DNA of 40,112 bases, taken from IMG/VR virus record IMGVR_UViG_3300020314_000002, positions 1 through 40,112 of that record. One strand, 5' to 3'. Shown here piece after piece: positions 37,014 to 40,112 of this stretch. A model generated the notes under the pieces. It did not search any database. It worked only from the letters and a program-made list of their open reading frames with translations, and was not told the origin of the DNA. Position 1 is the first letter of the stretch. Every line of letters starts with the position of its first letter. This DNA comes from a virus (lineage: Duplodnaviria > Caudoviricetes). The position numbers were made by a program, and so were the translations under genes.

Positions 37014-37652
37014 ATGGCACTAAACAATTTTGCAAACCTAAAATCCAGTATAGCAAACTGGTTAGGTCGTTCAGATTTAACAAATGAAATTACAGATTTT
37101 GTTGCACTAGCTGAACAAGACTTTAACAGTAAATTTGCTAACTCTGGTTATAACAAGATGATTAACCTTTCTACATTAAGTGTTAATGATGAGATAGAGT
37201 CATTGCCTAGTGGCTTTTTAGGTGTAGCAAGTATTTATATTGATGGTAGTGAAAAAAACACATTGCAATATGTATCACCAGAAACAGCATTTAGTATGTA
37301 TGGTGGTTCATTAGTAGGGCAACCAGAGGTTTACACTATTATTGGCGATAACATACATTTCTACCCTATGCCAGATAGCACTTACTCTGTTAAAATGTAC
37401 TATTATAAAAAATTTGACACATTGGTGAATGACAATGACACTAATGATATATTAACAAATCATGCAGATGTTTATTTGTATGGTTCATTATATTTTTCAC
37501 ATACGTTTATCAGAGGTATTGACGCAGGTATCGTTCAAGAATGGTTAAGTTTTTATAACAATGGAGTAGAAAGAGTTGTAGCTTTAAATTTAAAAAATAA
37601 ATACAACCAAGACGCACCATTGATTATGAGGTCAACTGTAAACGAGGAATAG
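37014..37652 (+). CDS. Head-tail adaptor (tail tubular A-like)
   Basis: 'MAL.NF.NLKSSIANWL.RSDLT..I.DF..LAE...YPMPD..Y...DVYLYGSL'. Confidence 0.8.
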   Translation: MALNNFANLKSSIANWLGRSDLTNEITDFVALAEQDFNSKFANSGYNKMINLSTLSVNDEIESLPSGFLGVASIYIDGSEKNTLQYVSPETAFSMYGGSLVGQPEVYTIIGDNIHFYPMPDSTYSVKMYYYKKFDTLVNDNDTNDILTNHADVYLYGSLYFSHTFIRGIDAGIVQEWLSFYNNGVERVVALNLKNKYNQDAPLIMRSTVNEE

Positions 37653-37655
37653 TTT

Positions 37656-39335
37656 ATGGCTTATAAGCAATTTATGGACTGGACTCCAGACCACCCAGAG
37701 TACAGAAACGAGGGTTTAACAGACGCAAGAAATGTAGTTCCAAGTTTTAAAAGTTATAAACCAACAAAAGGCCTTGCACCAGTCAGTACAAATGCACTAA
37801 GCAATAGATGTCAAGGTTTTGCAAGTTTTAAATCATCAGCAGGAAACATAACGTCTTTTGCAGGTGATAGTACAAAACTATATCGTTACCTTGCAAACAC
37901 ATTTACAGATGTTAGTGGTGGTACAACTTTTAGTACACCTGCTGACAATGATTGGCAGTTTACACAATTTGGTAATTATATTATTGCAAGTAATGGTTCT
38001 AATGCACCTCAAGTATGGCAATTAGATTCAAGCACTGCATGGGCAAATTTAGGTGGCAGTCCACCAACTTTTTGGCATACAGCAGTTGTTAGAAACTTTG
38101 TTGTTAGCGCATGGCAACCAACAAATAGAAATAAAATACACTGGTCAGCTATTGGCAATCATGCAAGTTGGACTATTGGTAATGACCAGTCAGACGAGGA
38201 AACACTATTTGATACGTCAGAAATAACTGGCATAGTAGGTGGTGAATTTGGAATTATACTTTGTGTAAACAAAATATTTCAACTTAACTTTGTTGGTGGT
38301 TCATCAATATTTCAGATAAGAGCCATTGAACAAGAACGAGGTGCTATTGCACATGGTAGTATTCAAACTGTAGGTTCTGAAACTTATTTTTTGTCTCAAG
38401 ATGGTTTTTGTAAAACTAATGGTGAAAGTACAACTCTTATAGGTGAAAACAAAATAGATAAATGGTTTGATGATAGTTTAGACCAATCTAATATTTTAAG
38501 AATTACATCTGGGCATGACCCATTAAATAAATTAATTTTCTGGTCATATCCAACAACTAACTCATCTAATGGCAACCCAGATAGAATATTGTGTTACAAT
38601 TATTCTGCTGATAGGTGGTCTTATATAGATGTTGCAACACAAAATGTATCTAGTGCATTTACAACTGGTACAACATTAGAGGCACTTGATAACATAAGCA
38701 CTGACATTGAAACATTTACAGACTCATTTGATAGTAGAATATGGCAGGGTGGAACTTTGTTTTTCTCTGCATTTGATGGCAATAATAAATTTGGTACATT
38801 TAGTGGTGATAGTTTAGAGGCAACAATAAGCATAGGTGAACAAGAATATGCAGATGGCAAAAGAACATTTATTACAAACATAAATCCAGTAATAGATGTA
38901 GAGCCTAAAGTTGCTAGTGGCACAATTTCAATTACTGGCACAACTATAAATGGTACTGGTACAAAATTTACAACTGAACTAACAGTTGGTGATGTTATAA
39001 GAATTAATGATGTATCTAGCCAGTTTAACAATGCTAAGTTCATTGTAGCAACCATAGTTAATGACACACTATGTTCTATTGTAGTTGCACCAGACCAAAA
39101 TATTTTAAATGTAACTTTCTTAGGGTACACACCTAGTCAAATTAATTTAGTAAGTAGAGAACGTGCAGGTGGTACAGTTAAGCAAAGTGGTTTTACAACC
39201 TGCAATGATAATGGTTTAGCCTCATTTAGACAATCTGGTAAATATCATAAGATAGAGGTGAAAGTACCTGCTAAAGCAAATTGGTCAGACGCAATGGGAG
39301 TGGAAGTAAACGCAACACTTGATGGTGTTCAGTAA
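37656..39335 (+). CDS. Tail nozzle / DNA stabilisation protein (P22 gp10 / tubular B-like)
   Basis: Beta-propeller-like 'WTPD.P...ARNV.P...WQFTQFG...WSAI...YFLS.DGF...SGKYH'. Confidence 0.8.
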   Translation: MAYKQFMDWTPDHPEYRNEGLTDARNVVPSFKSYKPTKGLAPVSTNALSNRCQGFASFKSSAGNITSFAGDSTKLYRYLANTFTDVSGGTTFSTPADNDWQFTQFGNYIIASNGSNAPQVWQLDSSTAWANLGGSPPTFWHTAVVRNFVVSAWQPTNRNKIHWSAIGNHASWTIGNDQSDEETLFDTSEITGIVGGEFGIILCVNKIFQLNFVGGSSIFQIRAIEQERGAIAHGSIQTVGSETYFLSQDGFCKTNGESTTLIGENKIDKWFDDSLDQSNILRITSGHDPLNKLIFWSYPTTNSSNGNPDRILCYNYSADRWSYIDVATQNVSSAFTTGTTLEALDNISTDIETFTDSFDSRIWQGGTLFFSAFDGNNKFGTFSGDSLEATISIGEQEYADGKRTFITNINPVIDVEPKVASGTISITGTTINGTGTKFTTELTVGDVIRINDVSSQFNNAKFIVATIVNDTLCSIVVAPDQNILNVTFLGYTPSQINLVSRERAGGTVKQSGFTTCNDNGLASFRQSGKYHKIEVKVPAKANWSDAMGVEVNATLDGVQ

Positions 39336-39739
39336 TGTCTGAAAAACCAATTTCAGTAAGTTCTGACCGAGCCATTTCCATGCCAATTATTAATTTAATT
39401 GGAATCATAATGGTAGTTGCAAGTGCAGTCTTTGGTTACAGTAGTTTAACAAACAGAATTACTGCGCTAGAAACACAATCTGCATTAGTTTTAAATGATA
39501 TAGAATTAATAAATGAGCATATAGATACTATTCCAGTAACAGAAATTGATAGCCAACTTAAAGAGGCATTTCTTTTAATAGAATTTATTAGTGGTAGATT
39601 AGAATCACTACAAAGTAACGCAGAAACACAATTACCATTAATAGGAAAAGCCCAACTGCAAGTAGATTTTCTTGAGGAAAGAGTAATAGATTTAGAAGGA
39701 CTAACAGACAAATTAAGAGGGAATGGGTCACATGATTGA
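39335..39739 (+). CDS. TM plus coiled-coil protein
   Basis: N-terminal TM segment followed by heptad repeats. Confidence 0.6.
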   Translation: MSEKPISVSSDRAISMPIINLIGIIMVVASAVFGYSSLTNRITALETQSALVLNDIELINEHIDTIPVTEIDSQLKEAFLLIEFISGRLESLQSNAETQLPLIGKAQLQVDFLEERVIDLEGLTDKLRGNGSHD

Positions 39740-39983
39740 GATGGTATTTGCAATTATGCTAATTACAACTGCTGATGGGAAGATAATGGAGCATACACCT
39801 ATGTATGATGAAAATGGAGTTACATCTCTTTCTAAATGTTTGGAAGAAAAACGTAAGGTTGCTAAGAGAATAGATGAAAAAGAGGGTATCATGGTAAGTT
39901 GTAAATCCGTTACGGCAGAGGTCTATACAGATTGTGTAACACCAGACACTTGCAGAGTAAGAATTAAAAAAATTATAGATTAA
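39732..39983 (+). CDS. Hypothetical Cys-containing protein
   Basis: 'SLSKCLEEKRK...SCKSV'; hydrophobic N-terminus. Confidence 0.6.
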   Translation: MIEMVFAIMLITTADGKIMEHTPMYDENGVTSLSKCLEEKRKVAKRIDEKEGIMVSCKSVTAEVYTDCVTPDTCRVRIKKIID

Positions 39984-40096
39984 TGATTATTAAATACAAA
40001 GGTTTTAGGTTTCCACCACACAATCATAAATTAGATGTAGCATTAATTTTATTTGTCCTTTTACTTTTAATATCATGTGGAAACAATGGCTATTGA
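39983..40096 (+). CDS. Micro-ORF with TM segment and lipobox (37 aa, not in ORF track)
   Basis: MIIKYKGFRFPPHNHKLDVALILFVLLLLISCGNNGY; TAATG coupling. Confidence 0.5.
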   Translation: MIIKYKGFRFPPHNHKLDVALILFVLLLLISCGNNGY

Positions 40097-40112
40097 ATAT
40101 ATAAGACGTACA
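40058..40112. repeat. Terminal direct repeat, right copy
   Basis: Identical to 1-55. Confidence 0.95.

Noticed and set aside
16426-39753. Minus-strand ORFs 16426, 19082, 19634, 23472, 25642, 25893, 26819, 28843, 34045, 36575, 38621 and 39436
   Set aside because: Shadows of supported genes
40058-40112. 55-bp terminal repeat as a biological DTR
   Set aside because: Length equals a common assembler k-mer and it falls inside genes; it shows circularity only
1-40112. Alternative genetic code or CRISPR array
   Set aside because: Standard code gives dense full-length genes and all three stops are used; no regularly spaced repeats seen

Overview
The window is an essentially complete, circularly permuted ~40.06-kb AT-rich bacteriophage genome: bases 1-55 recur exactly at 40058-40112, which fits an assembler overlap. 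The morphogenesis block is P22/HTVC010P-style podoviral: terS, terL, portal, scaffold, major capsid, two paralogous decoration-like proteins, a long fibre with an S74 chaperone plus a gp38-like adhesin, adaptor, nozzle, GNAT-like protein, ejection proteins, two tandem collar-domain fibres, and an M15 endolysin with holin. It is joined to a lambdoid temperate module: tyrosine integrase, divergent cI-like/cro-like switch, exonuclease + ERF + SSB, PD-(D/E)XK nuclease + MT-A70 methyltransferase, HTH initiator and late regulator. A marine alphaproteobacterial (SAR11-like) host is an inference only. The most notable observations are: (1) a five-gene island behind the adhesin encoding a Coq4-motif metalloprotein and a 2OG-Fe(II) oxygenase; (2) a repeated GTAGCCA element and one promoter design shared by two distant accessory modules; (3) a very acidic DNA-mimic-like early protein, alongside apparent genome-wide avoidance of GATC, GATGC and several other motifs; (4) tandem fibre genes whose variable tips are bracketed by identical 17-bp DNA repeats. 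I saw no tRNA, CRISPR array, reverse transcriptase or DNA polymerase. Family assignments come from motif recognition by eye, not from database searches.
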